Assembly: GCA_944392555.1 (NCBI GenBank)
Contig: CALXWZ010000002.1
Location: 59,085 to 123,084, forward strand
DNA from: an uncultured Alphaproteobacteria bacterium
GTDB taxonomy: Bacteria; Pseudomonadota; Alphaproteobacteria; CAAHEQ01; UBA3637
DNA length: 64,000 nucleotides
Direction: 5' to 3'
Program-made: the position numbers and the translations under genes
Shown: piece by piece, positions 22,379 through 33,204 of the stretch
How positions within the stretch are numbered: position 1 is the first letter of the stretch
Layout: each line of letters begins with the position of its first letter
The notes under the pieces: generated by a model
What the model was told of the DNA's origin: nothing
Database searches by the model: none
The model's input: only the letters and a program-made list of their open reading frames with translations

Positions 22379-22492
22379 TCGCTTCCCCGTCCGTCGTAAA
22401 TACCATTCATACTTTTAAAATAATACATAAAGTATTATTGGTGTATTTTACACGGGATATATGTTTCTTGTCAAGTGCTTTTTTGCTGTTCA

Positions 22493-25400
22493 CTATTGAA
22501 ATAAACGAGATAAAATGCCCGGGGTGATGGAAGAGAGCGGATTGAATTTGACAACGGGTTGTGTCGGTGTTCCCGATAAATCGTATTGCACACCCATCAA
22601 TCCGCCGTTCGGTGCATTTCGGAACAGTTCCCCGATGATGGGAATGCGTCCCGGTAATGAGTTGACGGCGTAAGCAGGGATGACGGAGCCGGATAGTTTT
22701 AGTGCATTTAAGGAAGCTTTCCCCGCAAATGTAATCCCTAATGAGGTGCCGTATAATACACCATCATTAACTTTGAGATGTAATACAGGTGATAATTCAA
22801 ACGGAATTGACCCGTTTGAAAAGGTGAGTTCTTTCCCTCGTAGAGCGTCCACAATCCCTAAAATGGTTAGGGCTTGCGTAATAAATCCCGGATTTTTAAA
22901 GTTTAAATTTTGTATGGTAACCGTGCCGTTAATTGTGCCGTTCTCAGACTGTGTGGCGGAAAGCATGGTTTTACCTTTGGCAAATTCACTTGAAAAGTTT
23001 AAACGATTTAAAAAGTCACCCGTATCATTAACCAGCCCGTCCAGCTTATTTGTTTTGCTCGTTAGGTTTAAAGAAATGGCATCGTTCCCTTGCGCAAAAA
23101 TAAACAAGTTTTTCCATGTGAATCCCGAACGTTTTGCTTTAACGGAAACTTTCTTTAACGGGGCCTTTGGATTTAAAGTGAGTGTGTCCATAGATACATC
23201 TATATCCACCGCAGGTGGCGGAGCAGGCAGGTTGACGGATGTCGGAATATCCTCTTCAATGGGTGTCGGCATCTGTTTTTTGAAATACGGCGTATTTTTT
23301 AATTCCGTCATAAGCCAAGATTTTCCTTTGAGGCTTAATGCAATATCTTTTTTATCGTTAAATGAAAGCATGGCCGAAAAATCCGTGCCGGGCGCTTGCA
23401 CCTTGTTCAGTGTGAGGTTTGTTTTTGTTTTTTCGGCTTGCCATAATCCCTCAATATCCAGCGCTTTTTGATCGGCGGATAATGAAAATCTTGCCATGTT
23501 TGCGGTGCCTGTTTCATCTAAAAATAATTCGGCATTTAAAGATGCGGGAACTCCGCTGACCTTGGTATATGCTACCGGATACAGCATTAATTCGGCTTGT
23601 TTTAAATCTGCATTGATTAAAATGTTTGCCGTTTTATTTTTACTCTTTTGATAAATCACATTACCAGCTATATTGCCGATTAAATAATCGGATACATCAG
23701 CAAAATACGGCTTGAAGAATAAATCCGTTACCGTGCCCGAAACGGTATAAATGCTTTGTGTCGGCTTTTCATCGGTGGGTAAGAAGAATTCTTCCCATTT
23801 GATTTGCAAAGGAATGTTATTATATTTTCCCGTGCCTTGCAGTGCCAGACTTTCGTTGTTAACAAGTAATCCGAATGCCGCTTCTTTCAGACTGATTGCG
23901 TTATCAGCTGATTGCACTTCGGCGTTAGAGACCGATGCTTTAACATCCACAATAACATCTTTTGCCGTCAGTGACTCCGTTAGCGGAAATTCCAATGTGG
24001 CTTGACCGGCAATGTTTCCTTTCACTTTGCTCGGATCAATTTCAAAGCCGGAAAGCAGTGTTAACGGCTCTTCATTAATCAGTGCCAGAATTTCATTTGC
24101 GGGGCCGTCAACATCCAATTCAATCCGCGCATGTGATAAATCGGCTTGTAAATCGGTTAAATAAACATTGCCGGCTAAGAGCCGAATGTTGTTAATTTGT
24201 CCCCTATCGGCAAAAATTTCGACTTTATCGGGATACAACATCACTTTCCCGCCCGCATTTTGAATCGGTTGCATCGGATGAAGATAGTCAACGGTTGTAT
24301 CCTTAAAATCAATATCACCGATTAAATCCGAAATTTCCTCGCCCGTAAAATAAAGTGTAAACAGCGCCGTTGTTGCCGTTCCCGTTTGAAGATTTTCTTT
24401 AACCCACTGATGTGCGTCGGGTCCGAGTGAGGCCGGCCAGACGGAGGGCACTTCTTTCATCGGAATATTATTCATACGCGCATTCAAGGTTGTTTTGACT
24501 AAATTAAAATTGTTCTCATCTAAAAAGGAACCGATTCCGGCAACTTTAATATCAACATCTGCCGTTAATCCCGTTGTTAAAGAAACTTTAATCGGTTGAA
24601 TTTCAAGCGCATTCAAGTTTTCCGAAAATGAACCGGTTGCCACGAGTTTTTCCACGGGATAAATCGTTTCCAGCGGTTCCGGTAATTGAACACTGCCCGG
24701 TTCAACCGTCCCGACCGTGAACGTCAATGCTTTGAACGCATTCCGCCAATGTTTGCGCCCTTCGGCAATATCCAGTGAGCCGTTGATTTCGCCTCGGAGC
24801 AAAATTTTAAGTCCGTCCAATAATGGCACAACTCGCTCAAATCGGCTGAGATTTACCCGATCATAAAAAATATCAAACTCAATTGTTCGTGCCAATGAAT
24901 TATAAAGCAGATTGCCCTTGAACGCCATTAAATCGCGCCCCATGCGAACAGCTGTATCCACATCTACATGGTATTGCGTGAAGCGACTGCGACGCAGGGC
25001 AAAATTCAGTTGCGGAATTAAAATGGTGCGCCCCGTTTTTTCATCATTGATAATTACCGATGCTTTATTAAACGTAATTCTGCGGAATTTTAAAACCATA
25101 TCGGCAAATTTATGAATATCGTGCACAATGAGAGCCTTATTCGGTTTAACGGATTGTGCCGATTGTTGTTTATTTTCGGTAGAAACGACGGGCTGGTTTG
25201 CGGATGAGGTTGAGTTGGGGGTTGTTGCATTTTGTGCGCTCACGGGGGCTTGTGCCGATTGCGGTAAATTGTCTTCGCTTGTTTGCAAACGGTTTTCCGT
25301 AGTTGTGATTGCCTTTTCGGCAGTTGTTTCTTTAACGGATGTATCGGAAGCCGTCAAGTCGGCCGAATCCGTGCCGGTTAATAATAATTGCTCATCTTTT

Positions 25401-25807
25401 GTCAGGATTAATTGCAACAGCGGTTCATCTACCTGTATGGACGACGGCATATAATTCAGCGTTAATAACGGCATTAAACCGTAAGATAAGCGCACGCGCG
25501 GTAAATCCAATATTAACTCTTCATTTTTGCCGAGAAGCGCCATATTTTTAACGGAAATATGAAATAAGCCGGCGCGTGTCATCCGAGCGGAAAGACGCAC
25601 GGAATCGGCCTCTATTTTAATTTGGCTGTTTTCGGGTAACACATATTTTTGGATTTCGGGAACCAAAAAGGTTATATCCAGCGGATGCGTGCTCAATCGC
25701 CAAAATAAAAATGAGAGGCAAAGTAAACCTAAAACCAAACCAATAGCGATCGTTCGGTATAAAATTTTCCATAACAGAAAACACCATTTACCGCATTTTT
25801 TTATCAT
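22493..25807 (-). CDS. Large envelope protein, AsmA/YhdP-like (1104 aa), with an N-terminal TM anchor
   Basis: N-terminal hydrophobic anchor (IAIGLVLGLLCLSFLFWRL), then a very long beta-rich periplasmic region. The size and composition resemble AsmA/YhdP/TamB-family proteins. No catalytic motifs. Confidence 0.5.
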   Translation of the reverse strand: MIKKCGKWCFLLWKILYRTIAIGLVLGLLCLSFLFWRLSTHPLDITFLVPEIQKYVLPENSQIKIEADSVRLSARMTRAGLFHISVKNMALLGKNEELILDLPRVRLSYGLMPLLTLNYMPSSIQVDEPLLQLILTKDEQLLLTGTDSADLTASDTSVKETTAEKAITTTENRLQTSEDNLPQSAQAPVSAQNATTPNSTSSANQPVVSTENKQQSAQSVKPNKALIVHDIHKFADMVLKFRRITFNKASVIINDEKTGRTILIPQLNFALRRSRFTQYHVDVDTAVRMGRDLMAFKGNLLYNSLARTIEFDIFYDRVNLSRFERVVPLLDGLKILLRGEINGSLDIAEGRKHWRNAFKALTFTVGTVEPGSVQLPEPLETIYPVEKLVATGSFSENLNALEIQPIKVSLTTGLTADVDIKVAGIGSFLDENNFNLVKTTLNARMNNIPMKEVPSVWPASLGPDAHQWVKENLQTGTATTALFTLYFTGEEISDLIGDIDFKDTTVDYLHPMQPIQNAGGKVMLYPDKVEIFADRGQINNIRLLAGNVYLTDLQADLSHARIELDVDGPANEILALINEEPLTLLSGFEIDPSKVKGNIAGQATLEFPLTESLTAKDVIVDVKASVSNAEVQSADNAISLKEAAFGLLVNNESLALQGTGKYNNIPLQIKWEEFFLPTDEKPTQSIYTVSGTVTDLFFKPYFADVSDYLIGNIAGNVIYQKSKNKTANILINADLKQAELMLYPVAYTKVSGVPASLNAELFLDETGTANMARFSLSADQKALDIEGLWQAEKTKTNLTLNKVQAPGTDFSAMLSFNDKKDIALSLKGKSWLMTELKNTPYFKKQMPTPIEEDIPTSVNLPAPPPAVDIDVSMDTLTLNPKAPLKKVSVKAKRSGFTWKNLFIFAQGNDAISLNLTSKTNKLDGLVNDTGDFLNRLNFSSEFAKGKTMLSATQSENGTINGTVTIQNLNFKNPGFITQALTILGIVDALRGKELTFSNGSIPFELSPVLHLKVNDGVLYGTSLGITFAGKASLNALKLSGSVIPAYAVNSLPGRIPIIGELFRNAPNGGLMGVQYDLSGTPTQPVVKFNPLSSITPGILSRLFQ

Positions 25808-26803
25808 TTATATGCCTCCCAACCGACATAACCAAAGAAATCCATAACACAATACCCCGGCACCCAATGGCGCCGCTAACCAAGAAATAATTACTTTCCC
25901 GACGATTTTCAATTTAAGTCCGTCAATTCCCTTTGCAACCGCCACACCGATAATAGCGCCGATAACGGCACATGTCAACGGCACGGGAACGAGCGGGACA
26001 GAGGGTAAAGATAAAGCGGAAAGAATATTTTTAAGTTCAACGCTTGAAAATAAAAAAAGTGTTTGCGCCGATGCTAAAACGGCAATTAACGCCTCGGTGG
26101 GCGAGAGTGGAAACATCCCTGAACTGATTGTTTTAATAACGCGTTTATCTGCCAACAAAAATCCGACCCCGATACCGAGACAAGCGGTAAAAAATAAAGC
26201 TGTTTCGGAAAAGTAATGAAGCGTTATGTAGGGTCCGATTAAACTGCCGATATTGTTTGCCCCGAAAGAATAAGCCGAAAAACCACCGATTAATAATAAC
26301 CCCGTTCGAATGAGGGAATCTCGCCGAAATAACCTTATCGGATATTTTTTGAGTAATAAACGCAATAGGCGAAATAAGATAAAAGCAATAAATCCGGCAA
26401 TTAACGGCGTGTAAATCCAGGCCAAAAATGTTTTGGTGATTAAGTCAATCGGCAACGTTTGCCCGTAAAACAGATTCCAGCCGATATAAGCCCCCGTTGT
26501 CGTTTGCGTTAATGAGGCCGGCACACCGCACAGACTTAACAGCATCATCATGGCACCGGCACTGATACTAATCAAAAGCGCATCCGATAATTGTGTGATA
26601 TATCCGAGACCGCTTACGTTATGAGTTGTTGCCTCTCCGCTGATAAGAGCTCCCAGCAAAACGCATACACCTGCCGTGCCGACGCAGACGTGAAACGGCA
26701 ACATCCTTGTTCCGATAGCAGAGCCAAACAGGTTGCTTAAATTATTACGGCCGAGTGTCCATGCCAAAAATAAAACGGCAGCCAATGTCAACACAAACAT
26801 CAT
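25808..26803 (-). CDS. pit: Inorganic phosphate transporter, PiT (PHO4) family
   Basis: Two PHO4 signature repeats, GRNNLSNLFGSAIGT and GANNIGSLIGP. Polytopic membrane protein, translationally coupled to the upstream DUF47 gene. Confidence 0.75.
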   Translation of the reverse strand: MMFVLTLAAVLFLAWTLGRNNLSNLFGSAIGTRMLPFHVCVGTAGVCVLLGALISGEATTHNVSGLGYITQLSDALLISISAGAMMMLLSLCGVPASLTQTTTGAYIGWNLFYGQTLPIDLITKTFLAWIYTPLIAGFIAFILFRLLRLLLKKYPIRLFRRDSLIRTGLLLIGGFSAYSFGANNIGSLIGPYITLHYFSETALFFTACLGIGVGFLLADKRVIKTISSGMFPLSPTEALIAVLASAQTLFLFSSVELKNILSALSLPSVPLVPVPLTCAVIGAIIGVAVAKGIDGLKLKIVGKVIISWLAAPLGAGVLCYGFLWLCRLGGI

Positions 26804-27471
26804 AGCGAATGTTTCACCGCCATAATTGTTAAAACATCTGCAACATCTTCGGCAATATCCGAAATTTTTTCAATGTTGTAAATGAATTCTTTGAGTTGAA
26901 TTTGTCGGGCCAGAGAAATATCCTGCCGTTCATACACGCGTTTTTTTAAATGAAATGCTTGTTTATCAACCAAATGCTCAAATTCACAAACACGCCTCGT
27001 ATATTCGCCGACTCCCTGCCCGCCGAAAAAGGCGCGCACGCCGGAAATTAAACTATCGGCGCATTCTAAATCCGTATGAACCATTTTTAATAAATCTTCA
27101 TGCAAATCGGCAGATAATTCCGGTTGCTCAATTGAAACAATAAGCAAATTTGATTGATACTTGTTGATGATTTTATCGCATCCTTCCGCCAGTTTTAGTA
27201 TATCGGAGCGCATATCGGGTAAAATCATATACTCATACATATCGTTTTCAATCTCGCGCCGATAAGAATCGTTTTGTGATTCCAATTCGGAAACGCGGTC
27301 ACGTAAGTTAATAAAATCGGCAGAGGCTTTTTCGTGTGTGTAAATATCCATAGCCTGTTCGTATAATACGCCGGCCTGAACGATATTAAGTAAAAATGCC
27401 GTGATTTTTTCTTCCAATTTCTGCGTGCGTTTAAAAATGTTTCTGCCAAAGATTGAAACGCTTGTTTTCAC
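26800..27471 (-). CDS. PhoU-like DUF47 family protein (Pit accessory protein)
   Basis: About 220-aa helical protein immediately upstream of and overlapping the PiT gene, the classic DUF47-PiT pair. Confidence 0.6.
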   Translation of the reverse strand: MKTSVSIFGRNIFKRTQKLEEKITAFLLNIVQAGVLYEQAMDIYTHEKASADFINLRDRVSELESQNDSYRREIENDMYEYMILPDMRSDILKLAEGCDKIINKYQSNLLIVSIEQPELSADLHEDLLKMVHTDLECADSLISGVRAFFGGQGVGEYTRRVCEFEHLVDKQAFHLKKRVYERQDISLARQIQLKEFIYNIEKISDIAEDVADVLTIMAVKHSL

Positions 27472-28590
27472 TGCTTTTCCTCCTTGGATTCGGTGGTGTT
27501 TTTTCCTGCCAGAGAGGCGCGCATAAAGGCATTTAAATCCCCATCCAACACACCGCTTGTATCGGAAGTTTCATATCCCGTTCGCAAGTCTTTAACCATT
27601 TGATAGGGTTGTAATACGTAAGAGCGAATTTGATTGCCCCAGCCATTATCGCCTTTGGATAAATCAAGGGCTCCTTGTGCTTCGCGCCGTTTTTGCAATT
27701 CTACTTCATAAAGCCGTGAGCGAAGCATCTGCCAGGCTTCGTCTTTATTCTGAAATTGCGAACGCCCTGTTTGACTTTGCACGACAATACCCGTGGGAAT
27801 ATGCGTAATTCGCACGGCGCTTTCCGTGCGGTTAATGTGTTGCCCGCCGGCACCCGATGCCCGAAAGACATCTATCCGACAGTCGGCCGGATTAATATCA
27901 ATTTGAATAGATTCATCAACAACCGGATAAACCCAAACCGAGGCAAAACTGGTATGGCGTCGGGCATTGGAATCAAACGGCGAAATCCGCACTAACCGAT
28001 GCACGCCCGATTCATATTTGAGCCAACCGTAGGCATTCTGCCCGCTGATTTTGAGTGTTGACGATTTAATGCCCGCTTCTTCCCCGATGTTTTCTTCCAA
28101 AAGGGCTACGGAAAAACCGTTTTTTTCCGCCCAACGCATATACATGCGTCGGAGCATATCGGCCCAATCTTGTGATTCCGTTCCGCCGGCACCGGCATGA
28201 ATTTCTAAAAACGCATCATTTGAATCGCCTTCTTCCGAAAGAAGACTTTGCAATAACGCTTCTTCCACAACATCATCCAGCGCAATGAATTGCGCTTCGC
28301 TTTCGGCAATTAACTCTTGTTCGTTTTCGCTTTCTGCCAGCGAAATCATTTCATACGACTCATTAATTTGATTCATTAAATCGCGTAATGAATCAATTTT
28401 ATCGGCAAGACGCGTTCTTTCGCTGACGAGTTTTTGCGCTTTTTCGGGATTGTTCCATAAATCGGGATCGGAAGTTAAGGAATCCAACTCTTCTTTTCTT
28501 AATAGAGCATTATCCCAGTCAAAGACGCTCCTTCAACAGCCGAACGGCTGTTTGATATTTATCGTGTAAAGAAAGTATTTCTGCTTTCAT
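27468..28590 (-). CDS. prfB: Peptide chain release factor 2, with programmed +1 frameshift (ORF1 28590-28519, then +1)
   Basis: Minus strand reads ATG-AAA-GCA...AAG-GAG-CGT-CTT-TGA-C, with an SD-like AAGGAG 3 nt before the CTT TGA C shift site. The downstream frame continues [27 protein letters not shown] into the 339-aa ORF. GGQ motif [10 protein letters not shown] present. Confidence 0.92.
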
Positions 28591-28757
28591 CTGTTATCCT
28601 TCTGTTTGTTTTATACTATTTTTTATAACTGCGTTATGTTAACATATTTCAATTCGTTTTGGTAGTTTTTTTAGCAAAATCATCAAAAAAAGTCAACATC
28701 GGGTTTTTTGTGTTTTTAAATAGTGAGCTATTTTAGATTGTTATAGATCAATAAAAG

Positions 28758-29891
28758 TTATTGTTTATTTTGTAAAACAAAGGTGTTTGTTTGCCCGACA
28801 CGCACAAAAGTTTCATTCGATTTAGTGAGTTCCCATATAACTGTAAAAAAGTTTTTGCCAGATTCATCGATAAAAGCGCATTCCGTATGTTTTATGGCTC
28901 GGCACAACCGGTTATTTTTTCTATCAACCAAAATATAATCGTTCCAGCGCGGATGTTTAAAGAAAAGAGCTTCCGTTTGTATTTGCCCGCATAGATTCAT
29001 TGTGCCGACTTTTTGCGTAAAGCGGTTAAAAGCATTTGGGAAAGTTGTTATAAATGATTTAAAAATTTCACAAGTGTTTGAGGGCGTTGTTCTTAATCCT
29101 ATTTCAGCATAAACACTTTTTTGAATTTTTATAGAATTGGCTTCTCCCGCACGGTAATATTGAGTAGGATTAGAGGTGTGATACCGAACCAAAGTTAAGG
29201 GAATAACCGGTAAAATGCGTTCAATACGTCCGCCTTTTCTCATAATTTGCATGTAAAAATCCCAATCTTCCGCAGAAATATAATGCGGATTGAATTGAAT
29301 TTGGTGGCGGTTAATAAAATTTGCGCGAACGAATGAACCGATATGGGCTACTGAACGCCATGATATCTCATATAATGGTATACGCGCGGAAAATAATTTT
29401 TTTTGATTATTGATAAGTTGATAATATTTGATATTAGTGAACCCGACAACCGCTTGCGGATTTTTTTCCATAAAACGCACGCCCGTTTCAAGCCAATAAG
29501 GATAAGCTGTATCATCGCTATCCAAAAAAGCAATATATTTTCCGCGAGCAAGAGAGAGCCCTTTGTTGCGTGCAATGGAAACACCGCTGTTTTGTTTGAG
29601 TTGGTAGAAGCGAATGCGTTTATCTGTTTCGGCCATTTTTTGAATAAGTTCTGCGGAGTTGTCCGTAGAGCCGTCATCAATAACAAGCACCTCAAAATTT
29701 GAATAGGTTTGATTCAATACGGATTGGATGGCTTGTTCAACAAAGTCGGCTCGATTGTAGGTTGGAATAACAACGGAAACCAACGGTGTTTTAGGGAAAG
29801 AAAAATACAAAAGAATATAACAGGCAATCCCGATAAAAATATATTTTATCGTTCGCTTGCAGAATATATTTTGTTTAACATGTAAACGCAT
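28758..29891 (-). CDS. Family 2 glycosyltransferase
   Basis: VSVVIPTYNRADFVEQAIQSVLNQTY...EVLVIDDGSTDNS is the classic GT-A/GT2 N-terminal signature, and a DSDD motif is present. N-terminal TM helix. Confidence 0.75.
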   Translation of the reverse strand: MRLHVKQNIFCKRTIKYIFIGIACYILLYFSFPKTPLVSVVIPTYNRADFVEQAIQSVLNQTYSNFEVLVIDDGSTDNSAELIQKMAETDKRIRFYQLKQNSGVSIARNKGLSLARGKYIAFLDSDDTAYPYWLETGVRFMEKNPQAVVGFTNIKYYQLINNQKKLFSARIPLYEISWRSVAHIGSFVRANFINRHQIQFNPHYISAEDWDFYMQIMRKGGRIERILPVIPLTLVRYHTSNPTQYYRAGEANSIKIQKSVYAEIGLRTTPSNTCEIFKSFITTFPNAFNRFTQKVGTMNLCGQIQTEALFFKHPRWNDYILVDRKNNRLCRAIKHTECAFIDESGKNFFTVIWELTKSNETFVRVGQTNTFVLQNKQ

Positions 29892-31266
29892 TTTTAGCTA
29901 ACCCTGCCAGAGAAGTTTCTTTATAAGCTTCGGAAAGATTTTTGCCTGTTTCAAACATTGTTTTGATGGCACTGTCTAACGTAATTAAGTGATTCCCGTT
30001 TCCGCGCAGGGCAAGCCGAGCAGCGTTAACAGCTTTAACGGCACTGATGGCATTGCGCTCAATGCAAGGAACTTGCACATAACCGCAAACAGGATCGCAT
30101 GTAAGCCCTAAATGATGCTCTATGGCAATTTCGGCGGCATTTTCAATTTGTTGATTTGTGCCACCCATAGCTGCGGTTAATCCGGCTGCTGCCATGGAGC
30201 AGGCAACACCTACTTCCCCTTGACAGCCCACTTCTGCGCCTGAAATAGAGGCATTTGTGCGATACAAACTGCATATAGCGGAGGCTGTTAATAAAAATTC
30301 GCCGATACCGAGTGCTACGTCAAACGGCGATTTTTTAGAGGCAAATCGTTCGTAATATCGCAAGACGGCTGGAATAATGCCGGCAGAGCCCATGGTCGGG
30401 GCGGTAACGATTTGTCCGCCACAGGCATTTTCTTCCGCTACGGCAAAAGCCCAAAGATTAATCCAATCCACAATCATCAGCGGGTCTTCATCATTGCTGT
30501 AAAATTTTTCCTCTAACCGACGAAAAATAATCGGCGCCCTGCGTATGACTCCCAGTCCGCCCGGTAATTCGCCCTCCGTAACGGAACCGCGTTCAATGGC
30601 CTTGTCCATTACCGCAGTGATTTTAGAAAGACGATTTTTTACTTCTTCAAATGTATGCAGAGATTCTTCGTTTTGCATAACAACTTGGGCAATGCGTAAG
30701 TTATTATCTCGGCATTGTTGCATCAATTCCGCACACGTATCAAACGGGTACGGCACATGATGCTGAACGGATTTTGTTTGCCCAAATTCGTCTTGACGCA
30801 CAACCGTTCCGCCACCGATGGAAAAATAAATTTCTTCTTTTAATAAATTGCCGTTTTTATCAAAGGCTTGAAATTTCATCCCGTTCGGATGTTCGGGCAA
30901 AAAGGTTTGTTTATCCAAAAGAATATCTTTTTCCATATCAAACGAAATCGTTTGGCGGTGATTTAAGCAAATTTGTTGGGATTGGCGAACGGCGCCGATG
31001 TAGTCTTGCTCTAAATCCATGGTATCGGCTTCTAATCCCATTAAGCCATAAACAACGGCATTCGGTGTGCCGTGTCCGATACCTGTTAATGCAAGCGATC
31101 CATACAGTGTTGTTAAGACGCGTTGAACGGTATTCTGATTTTCTTGACTTGTTGAGTTTGTCGTTATGGTTTGCGCAAAGCGTCGAGCAGCGCGCATCGG
31201 CCCGACAGTATGTGAACTGGATGGGCCGATTCCGATAGAAAAAATATCAAATAAACTATGATACAT
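29875..31266 (-). CDS. sdaA: L-serine dehydratase (L-serine ammonia-lyase), single-chain Fe-S type
   Basis: 463 aa. N-terminal [27 protein letters not shown] is the conserved SdaA beta-domain start. Cys-containing alpha domain. Confidence 0.85.
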   Translation of the reverse strand: MYHSLFDIFSIGIGPSSSHTVGPMRAARRFAQTITTNSTSQENQNTVQRVLTTLYGSLALTGIGHGTPNAVVYGLMGLEADTMDLEQDYIGAVRQSQQICLNHRQTISFDMEKDILLDKQTFLPEHPNGMKFQAFDKNGNLLKEEIYFSIGGGTVVRQDEFGQTKSVQHHVPYPFDTCAELMQQCRDNNLRIAQVVMQNEESLHTFEEVKNRLSKITAVMDKAIERGSVTEGELPGGLGVIRRAPIIFRRLEEKFYSNDEDPLMIVDWINLWAFAVAEENACGGQIVTAPTMGSAGIIPAVLRYYERFASKKSPFDVALGIGEFLLTASAICSLYRTNASISGAEVGCQGEVGVACSMAAAGLTAAMGGTNQQIENAAEIAIEHHLGLTCDPVCGYVQVPCIERNAISAVKAVNAARLALRGNGNHLITLDSAIKTMFETGKNLSEAYKETSLAGLAKNAFTC

Positions 31267-31454
31267 AGTAATCCTTTTTGAATAACAAAGCCGGTGGCGT
31301 TAAGCCGAATATGTTGCACAGTTTATCAGCTATTTTTTAATAATTTGCTAACAAGCGATAATTTATACATCAATTTGTGTGCAAGAAACGGTAAAGATTT
31401 ATCTCTTGCAATGATAAAAGATGTATCAGCGTGCCACAATATAAGCTTTTTTTG

Positions 31455-32258
31455 TTAATCGGCACGTTGTTGGATAGCTCGTAATGTTCTTGTTCTATAT
31501 AAGCGCGCCATGCTATCATTTAATAACCCGCTACGGCGAATATATTTTCCTTTTATTTGTGCGCCGGATTCAAACAATAATTTAAACCCGTCGCTGTTTT
31601 TTCCTTTAACGGCAGAATACATATACCATTTATCGTGTTCATCGTTTTTCCCGGGGAGCAATTCGGGTTGCATTAAAAACACATATTGGATAAGGGGGGT
31701 GTTTTCTGCCCGATGAAATAATAAAGCAACCGTTTTTGCATCAGCCCGCATGCCTCCTTCTTCCATCTGAACAAATAAGGTTGCCAGTTCCTTATGCGTA
31801 TAGGGGGCATTTTCTTTCGGTTCAAACGCTAAATTTTTAGCAAGTGCATAGAGTGGGTTGACGCGGTTAATGGCCGGACGAATGTTCTCTTGATTTTGAT
31901 AAAGATACGGCATGAGAACAGCATTTTTTAATTGCTTTGAAATAAAAGCAATATCCGTTGGCGATGAGTTAAATCCGGCTTTATGCAGAGTGATATATAA
32001 TTGAGCCAATCGGTTATCGGCGTCCGGTTGTGCCAGTTTTTGAGCCAGTTGACGCATCACATGAGATTCTTTAAACGGTTTATAAGTTGTAAGCTCGGAA
32101 TGTTCTTTCAATATTTGAACGGCTTTTTCGTTTTCACCTTTTTCCAAGGCTTGAGAAAATGCTTCCGTTTGGGAATCTAATAACTTTCTCTTTGCTTGTG
32201 CTTGTATGCGTTTTTTTCTGTTTCCCGTTATAAAATCGATTATTGTTGTTAAAATCAT
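31455..32258 (-). CDS. Hypothetical protein (267 aa)
   Basis: Long ORF, no family recognised. Confidence 0.5.
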   Translation of the reverse strand: MILTTIIDFITGNRKKRIQAQAKRKLLDSQTEAFSQALEKGENEKAVQILKEHSELTTYKPFKESHVMRQLAQKLAQPDADNRLAQLYITLHKAGFNSSPTDIAFISKQLKNAVLMPYLYQNQENIRPAINRVNPLYALAKNLAFEPKENAPYTHKELATLFVQMEEGGMRADAKTVALLFHRAENTPLIQYVFLMQPELLPGKNDEHDKWYMYSAVKGKNSDGFKLLFESGAQIKGKYIRRSGLLNDSMARLYRTRTLRAIQQRAD

Positions 32259-32472
32259 GTAGGCTCCTTTAATAAAAACAATTTATGGTATCACAGTTTT
32301 ATGAAAAAATCAACAAATTTATTTTATGTCGGCACAGTGCATATTTCGCAAGAAAAAGCAACGGAATAAAAAACAAAAAATTATTTTGTAAATTTTTTCT
32401 TTTTTTGCTGGCGAACGCAGAAAATCGTGCCATAATCAATTCATTTGCAAGTTTTAACCAAAGGAGTAAAGA

Positions 32473-32703
32473 ATGGCAGAAAAAGTTGTGAATTATGAAG
32501 TATCACGGGATCGTCCGAATATGAAAAAGCCGTTAAGTTGGCATAAGGAGTATTATGAAACACGGCAATTAATGGTTGAGGCGATTAAAGAGGCCTGTCC
32601 GGAATTGTATAAGGTTGCTTGTCAGACAAAAGCAGAAGGATTAAAACAAATCAATATGCGCGTAATGGCAGAGCAACAATGTTCGAGTGGTCGTTCCATG
32701 TAG
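32473..32703 (+). CDS. Small hypothetical protein (76 aa)
   Basis: Strong RBS AAGGAG 8 nt upstream of the ATG. Followed at 32761-32800 by a stem-loop plus a T-run. Confidence 0.4.
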   Translation: MAEKVVNYEVSRDRPNMKKPLSWHKEYYETRQLMVEAIKEACPELYKVACQTKAEGLKQINMRVMAEQQCSSGRSM

Positions 32704-32760
32704 GGATGCCGGTCTTGACGATTGTCAGTAAGTCAAGAGCAGGGCGTAATTATAGAAATC

Positions 32761-32800
32761 ACCCCGCTGTTTTGGTAACGGCGGGGTTGATTTTTGGCGA
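32761..32800 (+). terminator. Putative intrinsic terminator after the small ORF
   Basis: ACCCCGC/GCGGGGT 7-bp GC-rich stem, 13-nt loop, then TGATTTTTGG. Confidence 0.45.
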
Positions 32801-33022
32801 CAGTTGATTTTAGATAATCATTAAATTCTTTTGTTCGGCTGTTAAGATCTTTGCGGTATAATCGGATACTGAAGAATTAACCGCTCGAACGGGAAGAAGT
32901 TTATTTGCTTATATCGCCAAGCACGCAATTACTATAACGGATTACCGCTTTTTAAATAACCACATTTCGCCTGATAGACACGGAATTTTATCCATCACCA
33001 AAGTTCGCTAATTGATTCATTT

Positions 33023-33112
33023 ATATCATCGCACGCCACAACAAGTTGCAGTTCTTTCTATATCGCACGCCATAACAAGTTGCAGTTCTTTCAGTATCGC
33101 ATGCCATCAGTA
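33023..33112. repeat. Imperfect direct repeat, about 35 bp x 2.5 (TATCGCACGCCAyAACAAGTTGCAGTTCTTTC), intergenic
   Basis: Copies at 33023-33058 and 33061-33094, with a partial third at 33095-33112. Confidence 0.7.
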
Positions 33113-33204
33113 GCGATATTGTTTGTTAACGGACGCAAAACATCATTCGGCGATAAAACCGTTTAACTGATTTGTTCGCATGGCTCGGCAGATATTGCAA
33201 AGAA

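Noticed and set aside
22680-23471. 263-aa plus-strand ORF and other plus-strand ORFs within 22493-25807
   Set aside because: Embedded antisense in the 1104-aa AsmA-like gene, which has a coherent TM-plus-periplasmic architecture. No independent start signals.
33023-33112. 35-bp direct repeats considered as a mini-CRISPR or transposon terminal repeats
   Set aside because: Only about 2.5 abutting copies without unique spacers. No transposase or integrase nearby. Retained only as an intergenic repeat.
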